Origin: Oxynema aestuarii AP17
GTDB taxonomy: Bacteria > Cyanobacteriota > Cyanobacteriia > Cyanobacteriales > Laspinemataceae
Assembly (NCBI RefSeq): GCF_012295525.1
Contig: NZ_CP051167.1
Span: 5,941,299 to 6,005,298 of the forward strand
Direction of reading: 5' to 3'
DNA: 64,000 nt
In this document: positions 52,973-62,526 of the stretch, in pieces
Layout: each line of letters begins with the position of its first letter
Position numbering within the stretch: the first letter of the stretch is position 1
Made by a program: the position numbers and the translations under genes
Notes under the pieces: generated by a model
Seen by the model: the letters and a program-made list of their open reading frames with translations, nothing else
The model's database searches: none
What the model was told of the DNA's origin: nothing

Positions 52973-54451
52973 GTGTCATCTACCCACAATCCTAAAAAAG
53001 CTCCCATTCTCGAAACCCTGCAAGCGTGTACTCAGCGTTGTCATGCGCCGTTTTATACCCCCGGTCACAAGCACGGGCGGGGAATGCCGCAGGAGTTGAC
53101 GGCGTGGCTGGGGTTGCCCGTATTTCAGGCGGACTTGCCGGAATTGCCGGAACTCGATAATTTGTTTTCGCCCCAAAGTGTGATTCAAGAAGCCCAGGAG
53201 TTGGCGGCAGAAACATTTGGAGCCGATCGCACCTGGTTTTTAGTGAATGGGTCTACCAGTGGTATTGTGGCGGCGATTTTGGCGACTTGCAGCAGTGGGG
53301 ACAAAATCATTTTGCCGCGCACGGTCCACCGTTCGGTGATTTCCGGTTTAATCCTTTCCGGGGCGATGCCGATTTTTATCAATCCGGAATACGATCCCGT
53401 GTGGGATCTGGCGTGGGGGATGGGGCCAGAGGCCGTGGAAGGGGCGTTAAACGAGCATCCGGACGCTAAAGCCGTGATGGTGGTTTATCCAACCTATCAG
53501 GGGGTTTGTAGTGACATCGAGGCGATCGCCCGTGTTTGCCGCGATCGCGACGTTCTCCTGTTGGCCGACGAAGCCCACGGACCTCATTTTACCTTTCATC
53601 GAGACTTGCCGATGGCGGCGTTGGCGGCGGGGGCGGATGTCAGCGTGCAGTCGATCCACAAAGTCCTCGGGGCGTTGACCCAAGCTTCGATGGTACACGT
53701 AAAAGGCGATCGCCTCGATCCGGACCGCCTCAGTGCGAGTTTGCAACTGCTGACATCGAGTAGTCCGAGTTACTTGCTGTTGGCGTCCCTGGATGCGGCG
53801 CGGCGACAGATGGCCCTCGACGGCGAGGCGCTGATGGAGGAGACGTTAAGATTAGGGCGATCGGCCCAAGCGCAAATTGCGGCGATTCCCGGGTTGAGGG
53901 TGTTGGACGGGCCGAGTGCGCCGACCTCGGGATTTACGGCACGCGATCGCACCCGCATCGTCGTCAACGTCAGCGAGTTGGGATTGAGCGGTTACGAAGC
54001 GGACGAGCTTCTCGACGAAAAATTCGGCGTAGTTTGCGAATTGCCGTTACCGAAAACGGTGACTTTTATCGTCAGTTTGGGCAATACTCAAACCGATATC
54101 GATCGCCTCGTAGCGGGATTGGAGGGGTTAGCTCGGCAGTTTCGACGGGAGGGCGCCTGTGGTGGCGATCGCCCCCCCCTCGCCTTTCCCGAATTGTCCC
54201 CGAAACCGTTGTGCCTGTCTCCACGGGATGCCTTTTTTGCTCCGGTGGAAACGATTCGCGCGATCGATGCCGTCAACCGCATCAGTGCGGAGTTGGTCTG
54301 TCCCTATCCGCCTGGAATTCCGATTTTGATGCCCGGAGAGGCGATTTGTGCAGCCGCGATCGATTACTTGCACGCCGTCAAGACCCGAGGAGCCCTGCTC
54401 ACCGGATGTAGCGATCCGAGCTTTCAAACCGTGCAAGTCGTGCAAGAGTAG
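52973..54451 (+). CDS. PLP-dependent Orn/Lys/Arg decarboxylase family protein.
   Basis: The N-terminus FYTPGHKHGRG and the major-domain motif WFLVNGSTSGIVAAI...SIHKVLG (PLP Lys) are present. Confidence 0.85.
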   Translation: MSSTHNPKKAPILETLQACTQRCHAPFYTPGHKHGRGMPQELTAWLGLPVFQADLPELPELDNLFSPQSVIQEAQELAAETFGADRTWFLVNGSTSGIVAAILATCSSGDKIILPRTVHRSVISGLILSGAMPIFINPEYDPVWDLAWGMGPEAVEGALNEHPDAKAVMVVYPTYQGVCSDIEAIARVCRDRDVLLLADEAHGPHFTFHRDLPMAALAAGADVSVQSIHKVLGALTQASMVHVKGDRLDPDRLSASLQLLTSSSPSYLLLASLDAARRQMALDGEALMEETLRLGRSAQAQIAAIPGLRVLDGPSAPTSGFTARDRTRIVVNVSELGLSGYEADELLDEKFGVVCELPLPKTVTFIVSLGNTQTDIDRLVAGLEGLARQFRREGACGGDRPPLAFPELSPKPLCLSPRDAFFAPVETIRAIDAVNRISAELVCPYPPGIPILMPGEAICAAAIDYLHAVKTRGALLTGCSDPSFQTVQVVQE

Positions 54452-54457
54452 GGAAGA

Positions 54458-54516
54458 TGAGTGAAAAGTGAAAAGTGAAAAGTTACTCTTCACTCACTAT
54501 TCACTATTCACTTTTT
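54458..54516. repeat. Heptamer tandem repeat GTGAAAA x3 followed by inverted TTCACT copies (hairpin-forming).
   Basis: gagtgaaaagtgaaaagtgaaaagttactcttcactcactattcactattcactttt. Confidence 0.7.
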
Positions 54517-54553
54517 AGCTCCGTATCGAAATTTTTCAACTGCTGTAACGATT

Positions 54554-55156
54554 ATGCCTTCTACTTTGTGGCCCTACATGACCCCTGGAATTCCCGACCA
54601 TTTGTTCGAGCGACTGCCGGGAATTCCGATGAGCAAGCGCGAAATCCGCGTCTTGTTACTCTCCCACCTGAGATTGATGCCGGATTCGGTGTTGTGGGAT
54701 ATCGGCGCGGGAACGGGGACGATTCCGGTAGAAGCTGGGTTGAGTTGTCCTCAAGGGCGAATTGTGGCCGTAGAACGGGATGAGGAAGTAGCGGCACTGA
54801 TTCGCAAAAACTGCGATCGCTTCGAGGTGACCAATGTGGAAGTGATCGAAGGCAGTGCGCCGGAATGTCTCGCCGAGTTGACGACTCGACCCGATCGCGT
54901 TTGCATCGAAGGGGGGCGATCGATTTCCACGATTCTCAAAGAAGTCTGGCCCTATCTCAATTCCGGCGGTCGCGTCGTCGCTACTGCCGCCAATTTAGAA
55001 AATCTCTACAGCATTTCCGAAAGTTTCGCGCAGTTGCACGTGCGAAATGTCGAAGTCGTGCAATCGTCGATCAATCGCTTGGAAACGCGCGGCACCCATC
55101 AAACTTTTGCCGCCGTGGATCCGATTTTTATCCTGAGTGGAGAAAAGCTCGACTGA
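54554..55156 (+). CDS. cbiT: Precorrin-6Y C5,15-methyltransferase (decarboxylating) subunit CbiT.
   Basis: The sequences MSKREIRVLLLSHLRL...VLWDIGAGTGTIPVEA (a SAM-binding methyltransferase) and the 200-aa length match CbiT. Confidence 0.8.
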   Translation: MPSTLWPYMTPGIPDHLFERLPGIPMSKREIRVLLLSHLRLMPDSVLWDIGAGTGTIPVEAGLSCPQGRIVAVERDEEVAALIRKNCDRFEVTNVEVIEGSAPECLAELTTRPDRVCIEGGRSISTILKEVWPYLNSGGRVVATAANLENLYSISESFAQLHVRNVEVVQSSINRLETRGTHQTFAAVDPIFILSGEKLD

Positions 55157-55554
55157 AGTCGGTGCGAGACTCCGATGGCTTTTGGCTCGACCGTTTCCCT
55201 CCCCGACGGGGAAGGTTCCACGGTCGAGGACGACTCGAAACCCGTGGCGTTAGGAAGGCGATGCCAACGATCGCGGCATCGAACCCCTGAATTGGCTTGA
55301 GGGAGTTCGTGTATCCCCGCCGTCAAACATTGCTCGTCTGGACGACTCGCCCATTTTTGCATTTTTGAGGACGGGGTTTTATAGCTCCCTCAATCTCCCT
55401 GGTTCGGATAAAATTAAGCTTCGGTTAACTCCGATTTTCGCTACGGTTAATAGAGTAAGCCGGATGGGTCAGTCTGGCTCCCCGTGCTTGCTTAGCTGGC
55501 TTGTTCTATTCGATCGCCTAACTCAACGCCAACTCTACTCGAACAACCCTTTTT

Positions 55555-56433
55555 ATGCCTTGGTCCCGGATTCTCAGTACGATTGTCGCTAGCCCCCTCG
55601 CTTTAGGGGCGATTTGGCTGGGGGGTTGGTACTACACCCTCGGTTTTGCCATCCTCGTTTACCTCGCCCATCGCGAATATCTCAATTTAGTTCGCGCCAA
55701 GGGAATTATCCCGGCAGGGAAAACGAGTCTATTTTTAACGATTTGTCTGGTCTGCTGCGCCAATATCAACCCGCAGTTTGCCGATGCACTCTTGCCTCTG
55801 GCTGGAACGTTTATCTGTTTTTATTTATTGTTCAAACCGAAAATGGCGACGATCGCCGATTTGGCGGCCTCCATTCTCGGTTTGTTTTATATCGGCTATT
55901 TACCCAGTTTTTGGGTCCGTCTGCGATCGCTCGGGCGCAGTCTGACCCTCAACGATTCCGTGTTTCCTTTCCCGGAAACCTGGCAGTTGGGCGCCGACGG
56001 GGTGCGCCACCTCTCGGAAGGCTTGACCCTGACCTTAATCGCGTTCGGCTGTATTGTCGCCGCCGATATCGGCGCCTACGTGTTCGGGAGATGTTTCGGT
56101 CGCACGCCGTTGTCCGATATCAGTCCCAAGAAAACCGTAGAAGGGGCGATCTTCGGCATCGCTAGCAGTGTGGCGGTGGCGACTGCCGGAGGCTGGTATA
56201 TCCACTGGCCTGCATGGCCGGAAACGGGGGTCGCCTTGGGGCTGTTAATCGGGATTGCCAGTTTGCTCGGGGATTTAACCGAGTCGTTGATGAAGCGCGA
56301 TGCCGGGGTGAAAGATTCGGGACAGTTGATTCCCGGTCACGGCGGCATTCTCGATCGCGCCGACAGTTACGTGTTTACCGCGCCGATCGTTTATTATTTC
56401 GCGACCTTAGTGCTGCCGTTGTTACGAGGTTGA
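55555..56433 (+). CDS. cdsA: Phosphatidate cytidylyltransferase CdsA.
   Basis: The C-terminal signature SLMKRDAGVKDSGQLIPGHGGILDRADS is on a multi-TM protein. Confidence 0.85.
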   Translation: MPWSRILSTIVASPLALGAIWLGGWYYTLGFAILVYLAHREYLNLVRAKGIIPAGKTSLFLTICLVCCANINPQFADALLPLAGTFICFYLLFKPKMATIADLAASILGLFYIGYLPSFWVRLRSLGRSLTLNDSVFPFPETWQLGADGVRHLSEGLTLTLIAFGCIVAADIGAYVFGRCFGRTPLSDISPKKTVEGAIFGIASSVAVATAGGWYIHWPAWPETGVALGLLIGIASLLGDLTESLMKRDAGVKDSGQLIPGHGGILDRADSYVFTAPIVYYFATLVLPLLRG

Positions 56434-56531
56434 GCGTTTGCCCCTGGCGGGGATTGACCCCGGTGCGATCGCCGGACATCGAGGCGGCCCGAGGGTCGCC
56501 CGATTGACTTGATTCTCGATGGGCGAATCGC

Positions 56532-57218
56532 TTAAGACGGTTGGCTTTGGGAGTCCGGCGCGACGAGCTTTTCGCCGATGCGCGGTTCGGTTCCGGCGAG
56601 CAAGCGCTCGATGTTGGTGCGATGCCGCCAGATCACGTACAGCCCTCCGACGATCGCAAAGACACAGTAGGGCGCGGGTTCTCCGAATAACACCATCAAG
56701 CCGGATACGGCGATCGCTCCGGCGATCGAACTGAGGGAGACAATTCGGGAAATAGCGACAAAGACCGCAAATACGCCCAAGGTTCCCAAGCCGACGGGCC
56801 AAGACATCGCCAGCAAGACGCCGAGGCTGCTGGCGACTGCTTTTCCGCCTTGGAAGCCGAGCCAGACCGATTTACTATGACCGATTAAGGCGGCAAAAGC
56901 GGCGATCGTACTCATCCAGGGCAACCACTGGTCCGCGTCGGCGGTCGGCGGTACGAACGGGGCGATCGCCTCCCAACCGTAGACGGCGCGCACGAGGGCG
57001 ATCGCGGCGGCTCCTTTTAAAATATCCACGAGTAATACGGCGATCGCCGGACCTTTGCCGATCGTTCTGAGCACGTTGGTGGCTCCGGTCGAACCCGATC
57101 CCTCTTGTCGCAAATCGATCCCTTTGAGCAGTTTGCCGACGAGGTACCCGGTCGGAATCGAGCCGAGTAAGTAGCCCGCCAGCCATAATCCAGCATTAAG
57201 TGTCAGCCAAGCAATCAT
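56532..57218 (-). CDS. plsY: Glycerol-3-phosphate acyltransferase PlsY.
   Basis: The N-terminus GYLLGSIPTGYLVGKLLKGIDLR..GSGSTGATNVLRT is the PlsY signature. Confidence 0.9.
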   Translation of the reverse strand: MIAWLTLNAGLWLAGYLLGSIPTGYLVGKLLKGIDLRQEGSGSTGATNVLRTIGKGPAIAVLLVDILKGAAAIALVRAVYGWEAIAPFVPPTADADQWLPWMSTIAAFAALIGHSKSVWLGFQGGKAVASSLGVLLAMSWPVGLGTLGVFAVFVAISRIVSLSSIAGAIAVSGLMVLFGEPAPYCVFAIVGGLYVIWRHRTNIERLLAGTEPRIGEKLVAPDSQSQPS

Positions 57219-57273
57219 GTTTTTTGTGTTTTGTCAACTGTATTCAAGGAGTTGGGGGAGTGGAGAATAAGGA

Positions 57274-58518
57274 TTAAAACTGCCCTCCCGGCATTTCTGG
57301 ATCCGGGGCGAATGCCAGCCATAAAGGAAATTGCAACAGTGCCAAACTGATGCTGTTTTCCGTTTCGTCGATCGCGATGAATGGTAATTGACCTTGTTTG
57401 ACCAGGCGATCGGCTCTTTGTGCTAGCACTTCGGGTTCTTCAAATAAAATCACCCCGCGTTCCGGTCCGAAATCCCCGCGCGAAATGCCCAGACAATCTT
57501 GCAGACCGCGCCGCCATTCCCCCAGGCGTTCGGGACTGTTGGCTAAAATTAACGTCCGAAAACGGTTCCCGTAAAGGGTTTTGAGGACCGACATCGCCGC
57601 CGAAGCGATCAAGATATTTTGCAGGCGAGAACCCATCGTGCGGATCGCACCGCGTCCCCCTTGCACGAAAAACCAATCGGAGAGGCGATCGGCATGAATC
57701 GGCTCGAAGGTTCGCCGCAACTGCCATGCAGGCCCGTAGTAATCGGGCATGGTGCGATATTGGTCGAGCAGTTGGCGAATTTGCTTGACCCGATCTTGAA
57801 ACCGTTGTTTGGCAAATTTCGGGGCGGCGATCCGTTCGGGGGGTTCCGGGGTCGGACTTGGGGGGGCGCTTCGTTGTCCTTGCCAATTGGGCGCTTGGCT
57901 CAATTCCAATTGTTCGGCGGCGGTGGCTAAATCTTGCAAGCTGCCGACTAAATATTCTTTAAATCCTTGGACGCGAATCGCTAAATCTTGGGAAACTCCG
58001 GCGAAGCTGGTTTTCATTTCTTCGCGGATGCGTTCTTGTCGCCGTTCGAGTTGCTCGACGGTAATTTGTAGGTTGTGTTTGCGCTGTTCGAGTTCGCTGA
58101 GGGACTCTTGAATCAGGCGTCCCATCGCCCCTTGAGTTTGGGTGAGTTGGTCTTGCAGTAGTTGGGCGCGGCTGTCTTGCAGTTGGGCGATTTCTTCTTG
58201 AAGGGCGCGGTGTTGGGCTTCAAGCTGGGCAATGCGATCGCCCCACTGCGCGGCGATCGCCTCTTCTGTCGGGGCGCTTTCCGGTTCTGCCGGGGGTTCG
58301 GTGTCGCTGGCGGTGTCGGTGTCGGCTTCTTCCTCGGCGGCGCTTGCGGCGGCGATCGCCTCTGAAGCGTCTGTTTCTGGCGCGGATTCCTGTTCTGGCG
58401 CGGGTTCTGCCTCGGTGGGCGTTTCCGCGATCGCCGGATCCTCGTCGGTCGTTTGCTCTTTCGTAGCTTCCCCTTGGGGGTCTAAGGCTTCTGGATTGTG
58501 GATATCGTCCGAACTCAT
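57274..58518 (-). CDS. Conserved hypothetical protein with an acidic N-terminal region and a coiled-coil.
   Basis: An Ala/Glu/Pro-rich N-terminus is followed by the heptad-rich segment QLEAQHRALQEEIAQLQDSRAQLLQDQL and a globular C-terminal domain. The start is uncertain. Confidence 0.5.
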   Translation of the reverse strand: MSSDDIHNPEALDPQGEATKEQTTDEDPAIAETPTEAEPAPEQESAPETDASEAIAAASAAEEEADTDTASDTEPPAEPESAPTEEAIAAQWGDRIAQLEAQHRALQEEIAQLQDSRAQLLQDQLTQTQGAMGRLIQESLSELEQRKHNLQITVEQLERRQERIREEMKTSFAGVSQDLAIRVQGFKEYLVGSLQDLATAAEQLELSQAPNWQGQRSAPPSPTPEPPERIAAPKFAKQRFQDRVKQIRQLLDQYRTMPDYYGPAWQLRRTFEPIHADRLSDWFFVQGGRGAIRTMGSRLQNILIASAAMSVLKTLYGNRFRTLILANSPERLGEWRRGLQDCLGISRGDFGPERGVILFEEPEVLAQRADRLVKQGQLPFIAIDETENSISLALLQFPLWLAFAPDPEMPGGQF

Positions 58519-58617
58519 AGCAAGTACAGTCTCATTTTCAAGCTTTTTTAGCGTACCAGTCAGCCCGAATTCTCCGCGATCGGGCGATCGGGCGATCGCC
58601 TGTGGTTTCAACGGGAT

Positions 58618-59004
58618 TTAGCGATAAGGACAGCGCTGTTCCAAGCAATTTTGCAAGGTTTTCGGGTCGAACAAGACCGGGACGAAGTGAATGCTATTGA
58701 TTTCCTTGAAATAGAGCAGAATCGGCACGGGCGGCCAAAAAATCCGCCAATTTTCCCACTCCCGATAGGGAAAGCGCCGAATCCGCTTCTCTCCGCGATA
58801 GATATCCAGGTCGGTCGCGGTAAATTCTAAGCGCAAGGTCGCCGCCTGCAGCAGTAGAAAGATCGAAAAAGCCAGGATGACAAAGCCGATCCACAGGTTG
58901 AGTAAGGCGACGGGAATCGAGCCGATTAAAATGGCTAAGGGTAAGACGTAACTGGGTTCGAGTCGAACGGTTTGGGTCGGTTGTAAGCCAGAACTGGTGG
59001 TCAC
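58618..59004 (-). CDS. DUF3119-like small membrane protein.
   Basis: Two TM helices are followed by FPYREWENWRIFWPPVPILLYFKEINSIHFVPVLFD, which resembles the DUF3119 signature. The family name is from memory. Confidence 0.5.
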   Translation of the reverse strand: MTTSSGLQPTQTVRLEPSYVLPLAILIGSIPVALLNLWIGFVILAFSIFLLLQAATLRLEFTATDLDIYRGEKRIRRFPYREWENWRIFWPPVPILLYFKEINSIHFVPVLFDPKTLQNCLEQRCPYR

Positions 59005-59198
59005 GAGATTAAAGCCCTCCCGAATTGGTGATACGATACGAGTGAATCTGAAAGCGCTAATTTTATAGCAGTTCTCAATAGAGTCGTGTTGAGTTGCACT
59101 TGAGTTGAGGATAACGATCTCGGTGGATTTCCGTACCCCGGGAAGGGGCGATCGCCTCTAATCGCCTCTATTTTAGAAGGTCGATCGACGGGTCTCAA

Positions 59199-59990
59199 CT
59201 ACAAGCCGCCTCCCTGACCCATTCCTTGGAACATCAGCCAGGAAAGGAAGAAATTCGCAATAAAAATCGCGAGTAAGGAGGTGACGACGGCGGTGGTGGT
59301 GGATTGTCCGACGCCTTTCGCTCCGCCTGTGGTGGTCAAGCCCCAGCTACAGCCGATCGTGGCAATTAAACCGCCAAAAAATAAGCCTTTAATTCCGGCG
59401 CTGAGGATATCCCAAATATCTAAAAAGTTGCGAATCGATTCGAGAAACATGGTTTGCGACAAGCTGTAGAGATTGGTGGCGATGAACAGCCCGCCGACTA
59501 GACCCGTGACTAGAGAAAACAAGGTCAAGATCGGCAACATGATGCAACAAGCGAGAAAACGCGGAATCACGAGGTAATCGATCGGATCGGTTTTGAGGAT
59601 GTAGAGGGCGTCAATTTGTTCGGTCACTTGCATGGTACCGAGCTCGGCGGCGAAGGCGGAACCGACGCGACCCGCGAGGATGACGGCGGTCAGGACGGGG
59701 GCGAGTTCTCTGGCGAGGGCGATCGCGAGGACCCCACCCACCGCACTCCCGGCGCCGAAGTTAATGAATTCTCGCGACACTTGGATGGTGAAGACCATCC
59801 CGACGAAGGCGGCGGTAATTAGGGCGATCAGCAGGGAGTCCGGACCGACGGCGGCGAGTTGTTCGAGGGTGTTGCGACGGTGGATTTTGCCGGAGAGTAG
59901 GTGATAGATGACTTGACCGCCGAGCATGATCGCGGCGAACGATCGCCGCATCCATTGGGTCAAGCTGGATTGAGATTTCTTTTTATTCAA
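59199..59990 (-). CDS. mlaE: MlaE-family ABC transporter permease (lipid asymmetry/phospholipid transport).
   Basis: A multi-TM permease of about 260 aa with the conserved MlaE core (...DALYILKTDPIDYLVIPRFLACCIMLPILT...). Confidence 0.8.
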   Translation of the reverse strand: MNKKKSQSSLTQWMRRSFAAIMLGGQVIYHLLSGKIHRRNTLEQLAAVGPDSLLIALITAAFVGMVFTIQVSREFINFGAGSAVGGVLAIALARELAPVLTAVILAGRVGSAFAAELGTMQVTEQIDALYILKTDPIDYLVIPRFLACCIMLPILTLFSLVTGLVGGLFIATNLYSLSQTMFLESIRNFLDIWDILSAGIKGLFFGGLIATIGCSWGLTTTGGAKGVGQSTTTAVVTSLLAIFIANFFLSWLMFQGMGQGGGL

Positions 59991-60077
59991 GGCGACGCCG
60001 AACGTACAATGTTGAATTGTAGCGAATTGAATTGACTCATCTGCAATAATTTTTTTGAGTGAACTACCGCTATTGAA

Positions 60078-61304
60078 TCAAAGATTACAATAGCGGCTTC
60101 CCTCTTCACTGGGGACTGCGCTAGATAGAACTGAAGTTCTACCACCTCGTCTTAGATCCCCTCCAAGGGCAGTAGAGCGAGTTCCTAACTCTAATATCCG
60201 TAAGCCTTCATTTTTGAGATTGATGGCCGCATTGATATCCCTGTCATGATGAGTTTGGCAATGTTCGCAAGTCCAGCTTCTCACATCGAGAGGTAAGGTT
60301 TTGACTTGATTGAGGCATACATGGCAGGTTTTAGAAGAAGGAAACAATCGATCGACTTCTAGATCAACTTTTCCTTCTGATTCAGCCTTGTACTTTAACA
60401 TCGTACAAAACATCCCCCAACCGACATCACTAATCGCTTTGGCGAGTTGGTGATGGCGAACCATGCCTATCCCCCCTTTAGTTCCCCCCTTATTAAGGGG
60501 GGTTAGGGGGGATTCGACCACAATCACTTGGTTTTCGTTCACTATCTTACGGGATAGCTTGTGGAGAAAATCTTCACGACAGCGACTTATTTTGGTGTGA
60601 ATCTTAGCAACTTTTACCCGCGATTTATTGCGGTTGTTGCTGCCTTTCCTTTTTCGAGCGTGTTTTTGCTGTTTTCTTTTTAGGTTTCGCGCGTGTTTAT
60701 CAAAATGCTTGGGATTATTATATTTCGACCCCTCACTGGTCATCGCAAAATCGGTCAGCCCTAAATCAATGCCAATTGCTTTTCCTTCAGTTGAGAGGAG
60801 GGGAGGTTCTTTTTTACCCTCTACCAAAACTGAAGCATAATATTTACCATCTGGATTTTTGGAGAGGGTTACAGTTTTGATTTTTCCCTCAAAACTTCGA
60901 TGCTGACGACAACGCACTAACCCAACTTTAGGCAGTTTGATGTAGTTTCCCTCAAACTTAACATTTTGAGGATAACTGATAGATTGCCTTCCCTGCTTGG
61001 ATTTGAATCGGGGTAATTTTGCCCGTTTCTCAAAGAAGTTTCGATACGCGGTCGATAAGTTCAACGCCACGACTTGCAAGCATTGGGAATAGACATCTTC
61101 TTTAAGCCAAGGGTATTCCTTTTTGAGGGCAGGTAATAATCCCTGAAGATAACCCCTCGATAGACCTTTCCCGGTCGATTGATAAGTCTCTTGGCACAAA
61201 TTTAACGCATAGTTCCAATACCAACGACAGCAACCAAAGCTCTTGGCTAAAGTCGCTTGTTGCTTGTGGGTTGGATAGATGCGGTATTTGTACGCCTTGA
61301 ACAT
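60078..61304 (-). CDS. tnpB: TnpB (IS605 OrfB, RuvC-like RNA-guided endonuclease family).
   Basis: It has the N-terminus MFKAYKYRIYPT, RuvC-I AIGIDLGLTDF, the zinc finger CHVCLN...CEHCQ and RuvC-III HDRDINAAINL. Confidence 0.85.
   Translation of the reverse strand: MFKAYKYRIYPTHKQQATLAKSFGCCRWYWNYALNLCQETYQSTGKGLSRGYLQGLLPALKKEYPWLKEDVYSQCLQVVALNLSTAYRNFFEKRAKLPRFKSKQGRQSISYPQNVKFEGNYIKLPKVGLVRCRQHRSFEGKIKTVTLSKNPDGKYYASVLVEGKKEPPLLSTEGKAIGIDLGLTDFAMTSEGSKYNNPKHFDKHARNLKRKQQKHARKRKGSNNRNKSRVKVAKIHTKISRCREDFLHKLSRKIVNENQVIVVESPLTPLNKGGTKGGIGMVRHHQLAKAISDVGWGMFCTMLKYKAESEGKVDLEVDRLFPSSKTCHVCLNQVKTLPLDVRSWTCEHCQTHHDRDINAAINLKNEGLRILELGTRSTALGGDLRRGGRTSVLSSAVPSEEGSRYCNL
60468..60513. repeat. Nested-palindrome C6/G6 repeat inserted in frame within tnpB.
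   Basis: TATCCCCCCTTTAGTTCCCCCCTTATTAAGGGGGGTTAGGGGGGATT encodes ...VVESPLTPLNKGGTKGGIGMV... where TnpB proteins normally have a short ...VED-LNVKGM... segment. It belongs to the same family as the 45270-45313 repeat. Confidence 0.55.
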
Positions 61305-61371
61305 TATCGCCGATATAGCCAGATGATAAGATTATAACTGATTTGCCGAAGAGTCGCTTTCATCCCCCGAT

Positions 61372-62397
61372 TCACCTTCGGTAGAATCGGGGAATTCCCG
61401 CTCCCATTGTTAAACAAGTTGCGATGCGATATAGCTGTTTAGTCCATCGATCTAAAAGATCTGTGCCGATAGTAGTAATGATAACTGAATCAATTGCATT
61501 CAACTCGACAAGTTTTTTTAAAATTTCTAATGCAGTTCGCGTTTTCCCGGTTCCTGTTGCCATTTCTAAAACACCGTGACAGTGGTCTAGAAATATTTCA
61601 ATTGCTTCGCTTTGGTGTCGCCAAGTATTCTGTTTTTTAGATGATTTTAAATTATAATTATCCCGAGCTTCAGATACCGAAAACTGATTGAATGTTACCT
61701 CATATCTTTCCTCAGTCGGTGGGCGATCGGGTGCCATTCTCAGCAGCGATCGCCGCGCGGCTTCCGGAAATTCAATAACTTCTACATTGTCAGTTCTATT
61801 ATTCCAGAGGCGATCGAAGTCTTCAACTTTTCGTAAAACTCTCGATCGCACTTCTGAAGACCAAGAGCAAAAAACATCGATACATTCAAAATTGGCAATT
61901 AAACCGGAAGAGCTTTCATTCGCAGAACCAGTAAAAGCAACACTGTTATTGTTTCGATCTGTAAAAATTCCCAGTTTTTCATGATAAATTCCATAACCAT
62001 TGACAGCTTTGGTAATCGCTAATTTGATTTCGAGAATATCTCGTGCTAACAACCAAGCCAAACAAGCCAGACGATCGCCTACAATCTTTTCAAATTCTCG
62101 ATCGAGTTCTCTCGCGATCGCCCGCGCAATAATTTCTTCGCGTTGTTGCAATCCCATCGCGATCGCGTGAGTATCTTCTGAAGATAACTTCGGAGACGTA
62201 ATTAATTGCATTTTACCGCCCGAACGAATTAAAGCCGTCAACCCTTTGGCGGCAATTGCCATCGAACTGCTTGAAAAAAAACCGACGGCGCGTCGATAAA
62301 GTATTGCTTTTGCCAAGCAAGGGATGTAAAAATCGTCAATCAAATTATCGCGATCGCTCCGATAATCTTCTTTAAGGTCTAACTCAGCTAAATTCAA
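61372..62397 (-). pseudogene. 3'-truncated gene for a PLD-family nuclease fused to a superfamily-2 (ResIII/DEAD-like) helicase.
   Basis: An N-terminal PLD HxK(x)4D motif (GIYHEKLGIFTDRNNNSVAFTGSANES) is followed by helicase motif I (MATGTGKTRTAL). The ORF stops shortly after, with no motif II-VI or helicase C-domain, exactly where the IS605 element begins. The low GC is island-like. Confidence 0.65.
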
Positions 62398-62526
62398 CTC
62401 GGATACTCCTCCTGTTGAGGCGATCGGTCACCGCGCCAATTGAGTGAGATTAGAGCAAGCTCTAGTTGCACGAAAATGACCGATAAAAGCCTTGTAAAAA
62501 TCTACAATTTATTCCTTGAGATCGAG

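Larger units (their letters stand above)
60000..61371. mobile_element. IS200/IS605-family element carrying tnpB only (no tnpA); boundaries approximate.
   Basis: A full-length tnpB lies on the minus strand. A 9-bp-stem subterminal hairpin CCGCTATTG-aatcaaagatta-CAATAGCGG sits at 60067-60096 and overlaps the tnpB stop. A short LE-like region at 61305-61371 abuts a truncated host gene. Confidence 0.6.
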
